Below are positions 7,261 through 16,177 of a stretch of DNA of 17,752 bases, one piece after another. Each line of letters begins with the position of its first letter. Positions within the stretch are counted from its first letter, which is position 1. The stretch lies in NCBI GenBank assembly GCA_965649055.1, contig CBFGJG010000041.1, positions 1 to 17,752 of the forward strand, written 5' to 3'. A program made the translations under genes and the position numbers. Source of the DNA: a candidate division WOR-3 bacterium (lineage in GTDB: Bacteria > Hydrothermota > UBA3072 > B12-G15). The notes under the pieces are model-generated. The model saw only the letters and a list, made by a program, of their open reading frames with translations. It was not told the origin of the DNA and did not search any database.

Positions 7261-7919
7261 TTGCAATTGTTGATGATGAGGAAGATATAGTTGAACTTGT
7301 TTCAACACACCTTGAGAAATCAGGATTTAAGACTTTAAAATTTTATAATGGTCTTGAATTCTTAAATTTTTTGAAAAAAAACCAGCCTGAGCTTGTAATA
7401 CTTGACCTAATGTTACCTGATATTGATGGCCTTGAGATATGTAAGAGAATAAGAAATGATGAAAAGCTTTCAAATATTAAGATTATTATGCTCACTGCAA
7501 AATCTGATGAGTCAGATAGGATAGTCGGTCTTGAAATTGGTGCTGATGATTATGTTATTAAGCCTTTTTCCCCGAAAGAACTCGTTGCAAGGGTTAAGGC
7601 TGTTTTAAGAAGAAAAGATGATAGGGAAAAGATAATAAGTATAGGTGATGACATAAAGATAAATCTGAATAAAATGGAGGTGTATTCAGGGAATAAAAAG
7701 ATTGATTTAACATCAACAGAGATAAATATTTTGCTAATACTTTCTTCCAAGAAAGGATGGATTTTTACAAGGGAGCAAATCCTTAAAAATCTATGGGGTG
7801 ATGATAAGATTGTGATTGATAGAACAGTAGATGTTCATATAAGGAATATTCGAAAGAAACTCGGAAAGGCAGGTGAACATATAAAAAATATAAGAGGGAT
7901 TGGTTATAAAATAGAATGA
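7248..7919 (+). CDS. phoB: PhoB/PhoP OmpR-family response regulator (probable ATT start)
   Basis: The frame of ORF 7371..7919 extends upstream as (I)NHLIAIVDDEEDIVELV, completing the receiver domain. Also 'LDLMLP', 'GADDYVIKPFSP' and the wHTH motif 'RTVDVHIRNIRKKL'. Adjacent to phoR and pst. Confidence 0.88.
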   Translation: MNHLIAIVDDEEDIVELVSTHLEKSGFKTLKFYNGLEFLNFLKKNQPELVILDLMLPDIDGLEICKRIRNDEKLSNIKIIMLTAKSDESDRIVGLEIGADDYVIKPFSPKELVARVKAVLRRKDDREKIISIGDDIKINLNKMEVYSGNKKIDLTSTEINILLILSSKKGWIFTREQILKNLWGDDKIVIDRTVDVHIRNIRKKLGKAGEHIKNIRGIGYKIE

Positions 7920-9631
7920 GAAATCGCTTAACATCTAAGATATTCTTTTCTTTTATTATTTTAACACTCATAATATTTTTCATCTTTTCCCTTATAACAA
8001 TAAATACAATTAGAAAAAATTACATTTCTACTATAAAAGAAGAAATGGAAAAACTCGCATGTTCTATAGTGTATTTTGTATCTCAGGGTTTTCAAAATCC
8101 TGATTCTCTTGATAAAATTGCTAAAAATTTAGGAAATTTATCAGGAATAAGGATTACATTTATATCTTCGAATGGTAAGGTTCTTGGGGATTCTTATGAA
8201 TCACCTGAGAAGATGGAAGACCATTCCACAAGGATAGAAGTTATTCAGGCGTTAAATGGTAAGACAGGTTATTCTATAAGGTTCAGTAAAACATTAAACA
8301 AAAATATGATTTATATTGCAAAGCCTGTATACAGTGATGATAAAATAATTGGTGTTGTAAGGGTGAGTAAATTTATAAACGACCTTAATCTCATTATGAA
8401 AAGTGTTGAATTAAATCTGATATTTACGTTTTTGACAATAATAATATTATATATTACTGTTTTTTCATTTTTTATTAGGAGAACAACAGAACCAATAGTA
8501 ATGCTTAAAGAGGCAACAGACAAAATAAGCAAAGGTGATTTTAATATCAGACTTAATATTAATACAGGCGACGAAATTCAAATACTTTCAGAGAGATTTA
8601 ACAAAATGGCTTTTGAACTTGAAAAAATATTCTGTGAACTTGAAAGGAGAAGAGAAGAGATTGAAACAATTTTGTCTGCAATCCAGGAAGGGATTTTAGT
8701 TATTGATAAGGACGGCAGGATTATAAGATGGAATAGTAATATCGAAGATATCCTTAAAAGTATTTCATATGGCAGATATTACTGGGAGGTTTTTAAGGAT
8801 AATGAATTTATAGATTTCGTTAGAAGTAATATGAATACAACAAATAGTTTTACAAAAGAATTCAATATCAATAACAGAATTTTTGAATGTTATGTCCGGA
8901 AGATTAAGGATAGTGAGAATTTACTAATCTCGTTCTACGATATTACTGAGAGAAAAAGAATAGAGAAGATAAAAAAAGAACTTGTGGATAATATATCACA
9001 TGAGTTAAGAACACCTTTAACCGCTATAAGAGGATACCTTGAAACGATGAAAAACTTAAGAGGAGAAAATAAAAAATATTTAGATATAGCATTAAAGAAC
9101 ACAATAAGGCTTATAAACATTATTAAAGACCTTTCAACGCTTTCCGAACTTGAAAATCCAGAAATTAAACTGGATTATGAGAAAGTAGATTTAGTATATC
9201 TGGCAAAGGATGTTCTAAATATTTTTAAACCGAAGGCAAAAGATAAAGGAATAAAGATAGTTTTTAATCAGATGAATAAAATCTTTATTATGTGTGACAG
9301 GTATATGATTGAACAGGTTTTTATAAATATAATAGACAACGCAATAAAATATACAGATAAGGGAGAAATAAAGATATCATTAGGAGAAGAAAAAGAAAAT
9401 GTAAAGATAGAGATAGAAGATACAGGGATTGGAATACCTGAAGAACAAATACCACATATATTTGAAAGGTTCTATGTTGTAGATAAGTCTCGCTCAAGAA
9501 AACTTGGTGGAACAGGATTGGGGCTCTCTATTGTGAAGCATATAATAATGCTTCATAAAGGGAATATAGAAGCCCAGAGTAAAATCGGTAAAGGGACAAA
9601 ATTTATAATAACACTCCCAAAAGGTCTTTAA
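7916..9631 (+). CDS. phoR: phosphate regulon sensor histidine kinase (TM-periplasmic-TM-HAMP-PAS-HisKA-HATPase)
   Basis: H-box 'NISHELRTPL', N-box 'NIIDNAIKY', 'DTGIGI', 'FERFY.VDKSRSR' and 'GTGLGL'. ATGA overlap with phoB. Confidence 0.92.
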   Translation: MRNRLTSKIFFSFIILTLIIFFIFSLITINTIRKNYISTIKEEMEKLACSIVYFVSQGFQNPDSLDKIAKNLGNLSGIRITFISSNGKVLGDSYESPEKMEDHSTRIEVIQALNGKTGYSIRFSKTLNKNMIYIAKPVYSDDKIIGVVRVSKFINDLNLIMKSVELNLIFTFLTIIILYITVFSFFIRRTTEPIVMLKEATDKISKGDFNIRLNINTGDEIQILSERFNKMAFELEKIFCELERRREEIETILSAIQEGILVIDKDGRIIRWNSNIEDILKSISYGRYYWEVFKDNEFIDFVRSNMNTTNSFTKEFNINNRIFECYVRKIKDSENLLISFYDITERKRIEKIKKELVDNISHELRTPLTAIRGYLETMKNLRGENKKYLDIALKNTIRLINIIKDLSTLSELENPEIKLDYEKVDLVYLAKDVLNIFKPKAKDKGIKIVFNQMNKIFIMCDRYMIEQVFINIIDNAIKYTDKGEIKISLGEEKENVKIEIEDTGIGIPEEQIPHIFERFYVVDKSRSRKLGGTGLGLSIVKHIIMLHKGNIEAQSKIGKGTKFIITLPKGL

Positions 9632-9635
9632 AAAA

Positions 9636-9688
9636 TTAACCAAATCTTAACAATCCCTTAATATTATTTTAACATAAATAAATATTAT
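9636..9688 (+). promoter_or_regulatory. Pho box array (4 direct repeats, 11-bp period) and -10 element
   Basis: TTAACC 9636, TTAACA 9647, TTAATA 9658, TTAACA 9669, then TATTAT 9683-9688 and an AAGGAGG RBS upstream of the porin-pst operon. Confidence 0.85.
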
Positions 9689-9712
9689 GTATTAAAATAA
9701 AAAGGAGGTTAT

Positions 9713-10735
9713 ATGATGCGCAGGTTGTTTTTATGTGTTTTTTTGTTTGTGGTCGCCTTGAATGTGTCTGGTGTGGAGACAAAGATTAAGGCTGAATTCT
9801 GGAACAGGTACACAGTGAAGATGGAAAACATGGATATCAAGAACAGTTACTTCTCGCTTGAAAGAGGATATTTCACACTGGAACCAAAATTTAACGAGAA
9901 TGTGAAGGGGAGATTCACACTTGATTTCTTCTCAGCTTTAAACAAGGATTTCAAAGATGGTGCAGGGATTAAACTGAAATACGCTTACATTGACTTTGTG
10001 AAACTTATACCTTATGTTTATGCTAATTTGTCAGCCGGTCTTATCAAACATTTCTTTGGAACTATCTATGACTGGAATTACACAACGATTGATAAGGCAT
10101 TGGAAGATAGAGAGAAGATAGCATCTTCTACGGATTATGGTATATCTATTAACGGAATTTTTCCGGCAGGTTATGGTGAATATCATTTCTCAGTCTTGAA
10201 TGGTGAAGGTTATAAGAAATCACTTACAGATGTTAATATGTTTCCAGAATACTGCGCAAATATCAGGATAATTCCTTTCCCTGGAATTACAATAGGTGGT
10301 TCATATCTATATGAGAATAAGGCAATCCATCCTGACTCAACAGCAAAAATCAGGAGCGCATACGCAGGTGTTGGAAGGTTAAAATTTGGGCCTGTTGATT
10401 TCTGGGGAGAATATCTACAGGGTAAGACAGTTGATTCAACAAGTTCTGGATATATGTTAATGCCTGTTATAAGTCTTTCCAAGATTACAAAATTAGATTT
10501 TGATTTTGTTATAAGATACGATTTCTGGGAACCATATAAAGATAATGTTAAAACAGATATTTTCAGAAAACTTACAGTTGGTTTCAATTGGAACATCTTA
10601 AGGGATGAAAGTTATAAGCCAGAACTTTTCATACAGGTTAATGCAGAAAGAACTTTTTATGAAGACACAACAAAAAATGCAACTGATTTAGTTATGGTTC
10701 AGTTAAGATGGATAATAAGTAATACAATAAAATAA
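9713..10735 (+). CDS. putative phosphate-selective outer membrane porin
   Basis: Signal peptide, alternating amphipathic beta-strand pattern, OprO/P-like segments 'RGYFT', 'LKYAY' and 'VLNGEG'. First gene of the pst operon. Confidence 0.7.
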   Translation: MMRRLFLCVFLFVVALNVSGVETKIKAEFWNRYTVKMENMDIKNSYFSLERGYFTLEPKFNENVKGRFTLDFFSALNKDFKDGAGIKLKYAYIDFVKLIPYVYANLSAGLIKHFFGTIYDWNYTTIDKALEDREKIASSTDYGISINGIFPAGYGEYHFSVLNGEGYKKSLTDVNMFPEYCANIRIIPFPGITIGGSYLYENKAIHPDSTAKIRSAYAGVGRLKFGPVDFWGEYLQGKTVDSTSSGYMLMPVISLSKITKLDFDFVIRYDFWEPYKDNVKTDIFRKLTVGFNWNILRDESYKPELFIQVNAERTFYEDTTKNATDLVMVQLRWIISNTIK

Positions 10736-10745
10736 GGAGGAAGCA

Positions 10746-11558
10746 ATGAAAATACTGAAAATTATTATGCTTTTTGTATTTTTATTCTCAGGGATAATTT
10801 TAAATGCTAAGGAAACTAAGATAACAATGACAGGTTCAACAACCGTTCTTCCTGTTGCACAGAGGATAGCAGAGGTATTTATGACAATCTACCCTGAAGT
10901 TCAGATATCAGTAAGGGGTGGCGGTTCTGGTGTAGGTATAACTGCATTGATAGAAGGAAGAACAGATATCGCAAACTCATCAAGAAAGATAAAAGAGGAA
11001 GAGATAAAAACAGGAAGGGAAAAAGGGATTATGATTAAAGAAATAGAGATTGCAAAGGATGGAATTGTTATCGTTGTTAATAAAAATAATCCGGTAAGTA
11101 ATATAACCATTGATGATTTAAAGAAGATTTACAGTGGAGAAATTACAAATTGGAATAAACTTGGTGGACCAAATCAGCCAATAGTTGTTGTTTCAAGGGA
11201 TATGGCATCAGGGACATTTGAGGTTTTTAAAGAAATTGTTATGAAGAATACAAAATTATCAGAGAATTGTCTTATGCTTGCATCAAACAATGCAATTGCA
11301 ACAACTATTTCAACTACACCATGGGCAATTGGCTATATTGGACTTGGTTATATAACCGAGGAATTAAAGCCTTTAAAACTTGAAAATGTTGAGGCAAATG
11401 AAGAAACAGTGAGGAATGGAACTTATAAACTTGCCCGTTCACTTTATTTTTACTTAAATGGAGAACCAAAAGGTTTTGTAAAAAAACTTATTGAATTTAC
11501 ACTTTCAGAATCAGGCCAGAAACTTGTAAAAGAGGTTGGTTTCATACCTTTGAAGTGA
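10746..11558 (+). CDS. pstS: phosphate ABC transporter substrate-binding protein
   Basis: 'GSTTV', 'GGGSGVG', 'DIANSSR' and 'RDMASGT'. Signal peptide without a lipobox Cys. Confidence 0.96.
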   Translation: MKILKIIMLFVFLFSGIILNAKETKITMTGSTTVLPVAQRIAEVFMTIYPEVQISVRGGGSGVGITALIEGRTDIANSSRKIKEEEIKTGREKGIMIKEIEIAKDGIVIVVNKNNPVSNITIDDLKKIYSGEITNWNKLGGPNQPIVVVSRDMASGTFEVFKEIVMKNTKLSENCLMLASNNAIATTISTTPWAIGYIGLGYITEELKPLKLENVEANEETVRNGTYKLARSLYFYLNGEPKGFVKKLIEFTLSESGQKLVKEVGFIPLK

Positions 11559-11565
11559 GAAGAAT

Positions 11566-12420
11566 ATGAAGGATGCCTTCTTTAAAAGATTGACAATTAT
11601 CTGTGCATATTTGACAATACTATTCCTTTTCATAATAGTATTATCAATCTTTAAGGAAGGCATCCCTGCTATCAAAACAATAGGAGTAAGAAATTTTATT
11701 TTTGGTAGATACTGGGCACCATACCTTTCCGAACCTTTATTCGGCATTTACCCCCTTCTAATAGGTTCAATACTTGTTACATTTGGTGCCCTTTTAATTT
11801 CTGTTCCGATAGGCGTTGGCACTGCAATCTATGTTGCGGAGATAGCAAACCCCAGATTAAAAGAGATTATAAAACCATTTATAGAAATCCTTGCAGGTGT
11901 TCCATCGGTTATATATGGTTTGTTCGGTATGGCATTTTTAGGACCATTTTTTGTAAAATATTTAAAAATATCCACAGGACTTAACCTGTTTACCGCTTCA
12001 ATAATACTTGGTATAATGGTTTTACCAATCATCTCTTCCATCTCAGAAGATGCTATAACTTCTGTCCCTAAAGAACTAAGGGAAGCATCCTATGCACTCG
12101 GTGCAAATATATGGGAGACTATATGTTTTGTGGTTCTACCTAAGGCAAGGCTCGGTATTATCTCTTCCATAATACTTGGTTTTGGCAGGGCTATAGGCGA
12201 AACAATGGTTGTTCTTATGGTTGCAGGTGGTGCATCCGTGATCCCAAAATCTATATTCTGTCCGGTAAGGACAATGACCGCAACCATTGCTGCTGAGATG
12301 GGTGAAACAATGACTGGTAGTTTACATTTTAAAGCACTATTTGGGATTGGTGTAGTATTATTCTTTATTACACTTATATCAATTGTCTTTGCAGAATATC
12401 TGAGGATAAAGAAATTATGA
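11566..12420 (+). CDS. pstC: phosphate ABC transporter permease
   Basis: 'LAGVPSVIYGLFG', EAA loop 'EASYALGA' and 'GRAIGETMVVLMV'. Confidence 0.96.
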   Translation: MKDAFFKRLTIICAYLTILFLFIIVLSIFKEGIPAIKTIGVRNFIFGRYWAPYLSEPLFGIYPLLIGSILVTFGALLISVPIGVGTAIYVAEIANPRLKEIIKPFIEILAGVPSVIYGLFGMAFLGPFFVKYLKISTGLNLFTASIILGIMVLPIISSISEDAITSVPKELREASYALGANIWETICFVVLPKARLGIISSIILGFGRAIGETMVVLMVAGGASVIPKSIFCPVRTMTATIAAEMGETMTGSLHFKALFGIGVVLFFITLISIVFAEYLRIKKL

Positions 12421-13271
12421 GAAAAAGAAAAATAATTTCATTTTTAGGATTAATTTCTTTAAGATTATCAATTTTTATTTCAGTATCTTTTATTTTCATC
12501 CTTATATTTATTCTTTTTAAGAATGGGATAAGGGTTTTAAGCTGGGAATTTATCACACAACCACCAAGGGAATCAATGACAAAAGGTGGTATATTTCCAG
12601 CAATAATAGGAACTTTTTATTTAACTTTATTATCAATAATTGTTGCTTCACCTATTGGTATATTAACAGGAATATTCCTTACAGAATATTCAAAAAATAA
12701 CTGGTTTCTTAATTTTGTAAAGATAACAATAGGAACTCTTTCAGGGATTCCTTCTATAATATTTGGACTATTTGGCCTTGCTGTATTTGTAGTCTTTTTT
12801 AGATTTGGTGTTTCAATACTTTCAGGTGGACTGACCCTTGCAATAATGATCCTTCCAACAATAATAAAATCAACAGAAGAAGCAATAAAGTCTGTCCCTT
12901 ATAGTTTCAGGGAAGCGGCATATGCAATGGGTGCAAAAAAAAGTGAGGCAATCTTAAAGGTTGTCCTGCCTGTGGCATTCCCGGGAATACTAACCGGGAT
13001 TATAGTAAGTGTGGGAAGGGCAGCAGGAGAAACTGCACCAATATTATTTACAGCTGCCACATTCTTTTCAAGAAAATTACCTAAATCAATATTTAGAGAA
13101 ACAATGGCGCTTCCGTATCATATATATGCATTGATGACAGAAGGGACACATGCAAAATTACAGGTTCCAATTGCATATGGAACAGCAATTGTCCTTTTAT
13201 TACTTGTATTCTTTATGAATGGTTTAGCAATATATGTAAGATACAGAATTAGAAGAGGTAAAAAATGGTGA
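12417..13271 (+). CDS. pstA: phosphate ABC transporter permease
   Basis: '[10 protein letters not shown]', '[10 protein letters not shown]', 'EAAYAMGA' and 'RAAGETAP'. Confidence 0.96.
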   Translation: MRKRKIISFLGLISLRLSIFISVSFIFILIFILFKNGIRVLSWEFITQPPRESMTKGGIFPAIIGTFYLTLLSIIVASPIGILTGIFLTEYSKNNWFLNFVKITIGTLSGIPSIIFGLFGLAVFVVFFRFGVSILSGGLTLAIMILPTIIKSTEEAIKSVPYSFREAAYAMGAKKSEAILKVVLPVAFPGILTGIIVSVGRAAGETAPILFTAATFFSRKLPKSIFRETMALPYHIYALMTEGTHAKLQVPIAYGTAIVLLLLVFFMNGLAIYVRYRIRRGKKW

Positions 13272-14023
13272 ATAATAATATAGAGGTAAAGAATTTAAAT
13301 CTATGGTTTGGAGATTCGCATATTTTAAAAAACATAAATTTCTTAATTGGAAGAAACAAGATAACCGCAATAATGGGACCTTCAGGATGCGGTAAGACTA
13401 CACTTTTAAGATGTTTTAATCGTATGCATGACTTCTCGGAGGATGTAAAGATAAAAGGAGAAATAATTCTTGATGGTGAAAATATTTTATCAAATAAGAT
13501 AGATGTTACAAATTTAAGGATGAAGATAGGAATGGTTTTCCAGAAACCAAATCCATTCCCTAAATCCATATATGAAAATATTATATTTGGATTGTGGATA
13601 AGAGGTATAAGAAATAAAAATAAATTGATGGAGGTTGTTGAGATTTCTTTAAAGAAGGCGTGGCTATGGGATGAAGTGAAAGACAGGCTTAATAAAAATG
13701 CAATGGAACTTTCAGGTGGACAGCAGCAGAGATTATGCATAGCAAGGGCGCTTGCAACAAACCCTGAAGTTATACTTTTTGATGAACCCACATCAGCACT
13801 TGACCCACAATCTACATTAAAAATAGAAGAATTACTGATAGAGTTAAAGAAAGATGTTACTGTCATTATAGTAACGCATAATATTGGTCAGGCTGGAAGA
13901 ATCTCTGATTACACTGCATTCCTTTACCTTGGAGAATTGATTGAATTTGGTGATACAAAAAAGATGTTCACAACACCACAAAACAAAAAAACAGAAGAAT
14001 ATCTTTCAGGGAGGTTTGGATAA
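13265..14023 (+). CDS. pstB: phosphate ABC transporter ATP-binding protein
   Basis: 'GPSGCGKT', '[11 protein letters not shown]', '[13 protein letters not shown]', 'DEPTSALDP' and terminal 'GRFG'. Confidence 0.97.
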   Translation: MVNNNIEVKNLNLWFGDSHILKNINFLIGRNKITAIMGPSGCGKTTLLRCFNRMHDFSEDVKIKGEIILDGENILSNKIDVTNLRMKIGMVFQKPNPFPKSIYENIIFGLWIRGIRNKNKLMEVVEISLKKAWLWDEVKDRLNKNAMELSGGQQQRLCIARALATNPEVILFDEPTSALDPQSTLKIEELLIELKKDVTVIIVTHNIGQAGRISDYTAFLYLGELIEFGDTKKMFTTPQNKKTEEYLSGRFG

Positions 14024-14679
14024 TGATTGAAGAAAGGATAAATATTTTAAAAAGGGAGATAATAGAGTATTCATCGTTGGTTGAAAAGATGATTTTTAAA
14101 TCAATAGATTCTTTGTTCAGAAGGAATATTGAAACATTAAAAAATATTTTAGATGTTGACGAAAATATTGCAAACGAAAAGGAAATAGAAATAGAAGAAC
14201 TATGCATTGAGACAATAGCACAATTTGAACCAAGGGCAAAGGATTTAAGGACTATAATAATGATAATGAAGATGAATAATGATTTTGAGAGAATTGGCGA
14301 CCATGCTGTAAATATAGCACAGAGTTCAATCTTTCTTATAAATAATCTTGATATATTGATGAAAGAAGAATTAAATGAGATGTTTGATGAGACTCTGTCA
14401 ATGTTTAAAGATAGTATCAGGTCATTTACTGATAATGATGTAAAACTTGCTAAAGATGTTTGCGTAAGGGATGATAAAGTTGATAATCTCAGGAACAGGA
14501 TATTCAGAAACCTTATAAGTTTGATAAAGAAATCGCCGGAAAAGAGCGAAAGCCTTTTAAGGATATTGAATATCTCTTCAAACCTTGAAAGGATTGCAGA
14601 CCTTGCTACAAATATATGTGAAGATGTAATATTTATAGCAGAAGGAAGGATAATAAAACATCATAAGGATGAAAGATAA
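14023..14679 (+). CDS. phoU: phosphate signalling protein PhoU
   Basis: Two PhoU repeats, 'ERIGDHAVNIA' and 'ERIADLATNICE'. Follows pstB. Confidence 0.96.
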   Translation: MIEERINILKREIIEYSSLVEKMIFKSIDSLFRRNIETLKNILDVDENIANEKEIEIEELCIETIAQFEPRAKDLRTIIMIMKMNNDFERIGDHAVNIAQSSIFLINNLDILMKEELNEMFDETLSMFKDSIRSFTDNDVKLAKDVCVRDDKVDNLRNRIFRNLISLIKKSPEKSESLLRILNISSNLERIADLATNICEDVIFIAEGRIIKHHKDER

Positions 14680-14682
14680 AAA

Positions 14683-15588
14683 CTATCTATCTTTCACTGC
14701 CCTGAAATTTAAGTAATCTGCCTTTCTATCCTTAAATTCAGTCCTGACATTACCATTGTATGTTATTATGTATGCCTCATCTTTATTAAACTCTGTTGAT
14801 GTCCAGAGATATATTGTCTTTCTATGTGGGTTCCATAAAGGTGTTTCTTTATCAGGTGTGAATTTATACTTTGCTTTCTTATTTACGCTGTCCCATTCTC
14901 CACCAGCATTCAAACCGTGATAAACCATTATCTTTACCGCTTCTTCAATAGTTGGAAGCCTCCATATATTCACCTCTTCATCAAGTATTTTAGTTCCATC
15001 TTCACTTAAATGTGCGCATATCCATCTTGCTTCTTCCCAGGGCGTCCCATTATCAGGCCATCCAGGACCTTCCGGTGCAAGGATTAATTCTATTCCATTA
15101 CCTTCAATTATTCTTAATCCATAATTTTTATCATCAACCCTTTTTGATACTTTTATTATATTAAAACTTCCAATTGTAATTATCTGTATCAATGGTATTA
15201 CAAAGATCAGGAAATATGCTATTTTTTTATTCTTCACATATCCAAATAGGAAAAGAAAACCAAGAATAAAAAGAGGTGTTGCTATAAAAAATGGTGCTGC
15301 TATACCACGGCGACCAAAGAATATAAAACAGAGAACCCCAAGAATAAAATAGATAATGGAACCTGTTATATTCCATTTTAGAGAAATAATACACAAAAGG
15401 ATAAAAACAATAGGAACTATTAAGTATTGTCCAAATAGCATTAATATGTTTTCTAAGAGTTTTTCAGAATACCATCCTTCATGGAAATTTTCATTTATTC
15501 CCCAGAATGTCCAAAGATTAATAAAGATGAAAGAAATAATAACTGCTGTCCAACCTGTAAATTGATTCTTTCTAATCTTAATTACCAT
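14683..15588 (-). CDS. membrane protein with C-terminal DUF1566 (Lcl-C-like) domain
   Basis: About 5 N-terminal TM segments, then 'WEEA..IC', 'WRLPTIEE', 'LWTSTE' and terminal 'FRAVK'. Confidence 0.75.
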   Translation of the reverse strand: MVIKIRKNQFTGWTAVIISFIFINLWTFWGINENFHEGWYSEKLLENILMLFGQYLIVPIVFILLCIISLKWNITGSIIYFILGVLCFIFFGRRGIAAPFFIATPLFILGFLFLFGYVKNKKIAYFLIFVIPLIQIITIGSFNIIKVSKRVDDKNYGLRIIEGNGIELILAPEGPGWPDNGTPWEEARWICAHLSEDGTKILDEEVNIWRLPTIEEAVKIMVYHGLNAGGEWDSVNKKAKYKFTPDKETPLWNPHRKTIYLWTSTEFNKDEAYIITYNGNVRTEFKDRKADYLNFRAVKDR

Positions 15589-16177
15589 ATACCCTTTTGA
15601 AGATTAAAAAATATACAAGGAAAGAAAGAATGATACCAGAAACAACATCTGGTATAAAATGTTGTTTTATAAATAATGTTGATAGAACAATAAGAAAGGT
15701 TAAAGGCGAAATAATGATTGATAATTTTCTATTAATTCTGATAAGGCAAAGATTTGTTAATACTGAAAATGTTGTATGACCGCTCGGAAAAAGATTTAAA
15801 GGTTTATCAATCTTATAAATAAAAAGAACGAGTTTATTTAATATATTATCAGAATAGATATCAGGTCTTGTTATTGTTGTCTGGAAGAATATGTAGAATA
15901 AACTTAAAATAGTGGCTGCTATAAAATAACTGATAGAACATGTAAAAAATCCTTTTTCATTCGCTATTGAAAGAATGAAAGGTATAAAAATATAAAAATA
16001 GTAAATGAGATAAGGAATAATAAATATTGATAAAAATGGTATCCTGTCATCAAATGGGGTTTTAAATATCCTTACATTATAAGGATAATTCTGTATTAGT
16101 TTATATCCCAATGTTATCTCTAAGAAAAATAACGCAAAAAATATGATAGATCTGTATTTCTTTATAAATTTCATCAT
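15578..16177 (-). CDS. PAP2-superfamily membrane phosphatase/phosphotransferase
   Basis: 'NLFPSGH' and 'STLFIKQHFIPD' catalytic motifs, about 6 TM segments. Confidence 0.88.
   Translation of the reverse strand: MMKFIKKYRSIIFFALFFLEITLGYKLIQNYPYNVRIFKTPFDDRIPFLSIFIIPYLIYYFYIFIPFILSIANEKGFFTCSISYFIAATILSLFYIFFQTTITRPDIYSDNILNKLVLFIYKIDKPLNLFPSGHTTFSVLTNLCLIRINRKLSIIISPLTFLIVLSTLFIKQHFIPDVVSGIILSFLVYFLIFKRVYGN

Noticed and set aside
7371..7919. ORF-track start of the response regulator at TTG 7371
   Set aside because: It would delete the first ~41 residues of the receiver domain, including the acidic pocket, and it has no RBS.
6851..9120. Minus-strand ORFs within the DUF559 gene, phoB and phoR
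   Set aside because: Short antisense shadows with composition explained by the sense-strand codons.
10210..14207. Antisense ORFs in the porin-pst-phoU operon, including the 205-aa 13249..13866
   Set aside because: Long antisense frames are common opposite conserved ABC ATPase genes. No RBS or domain evidence.
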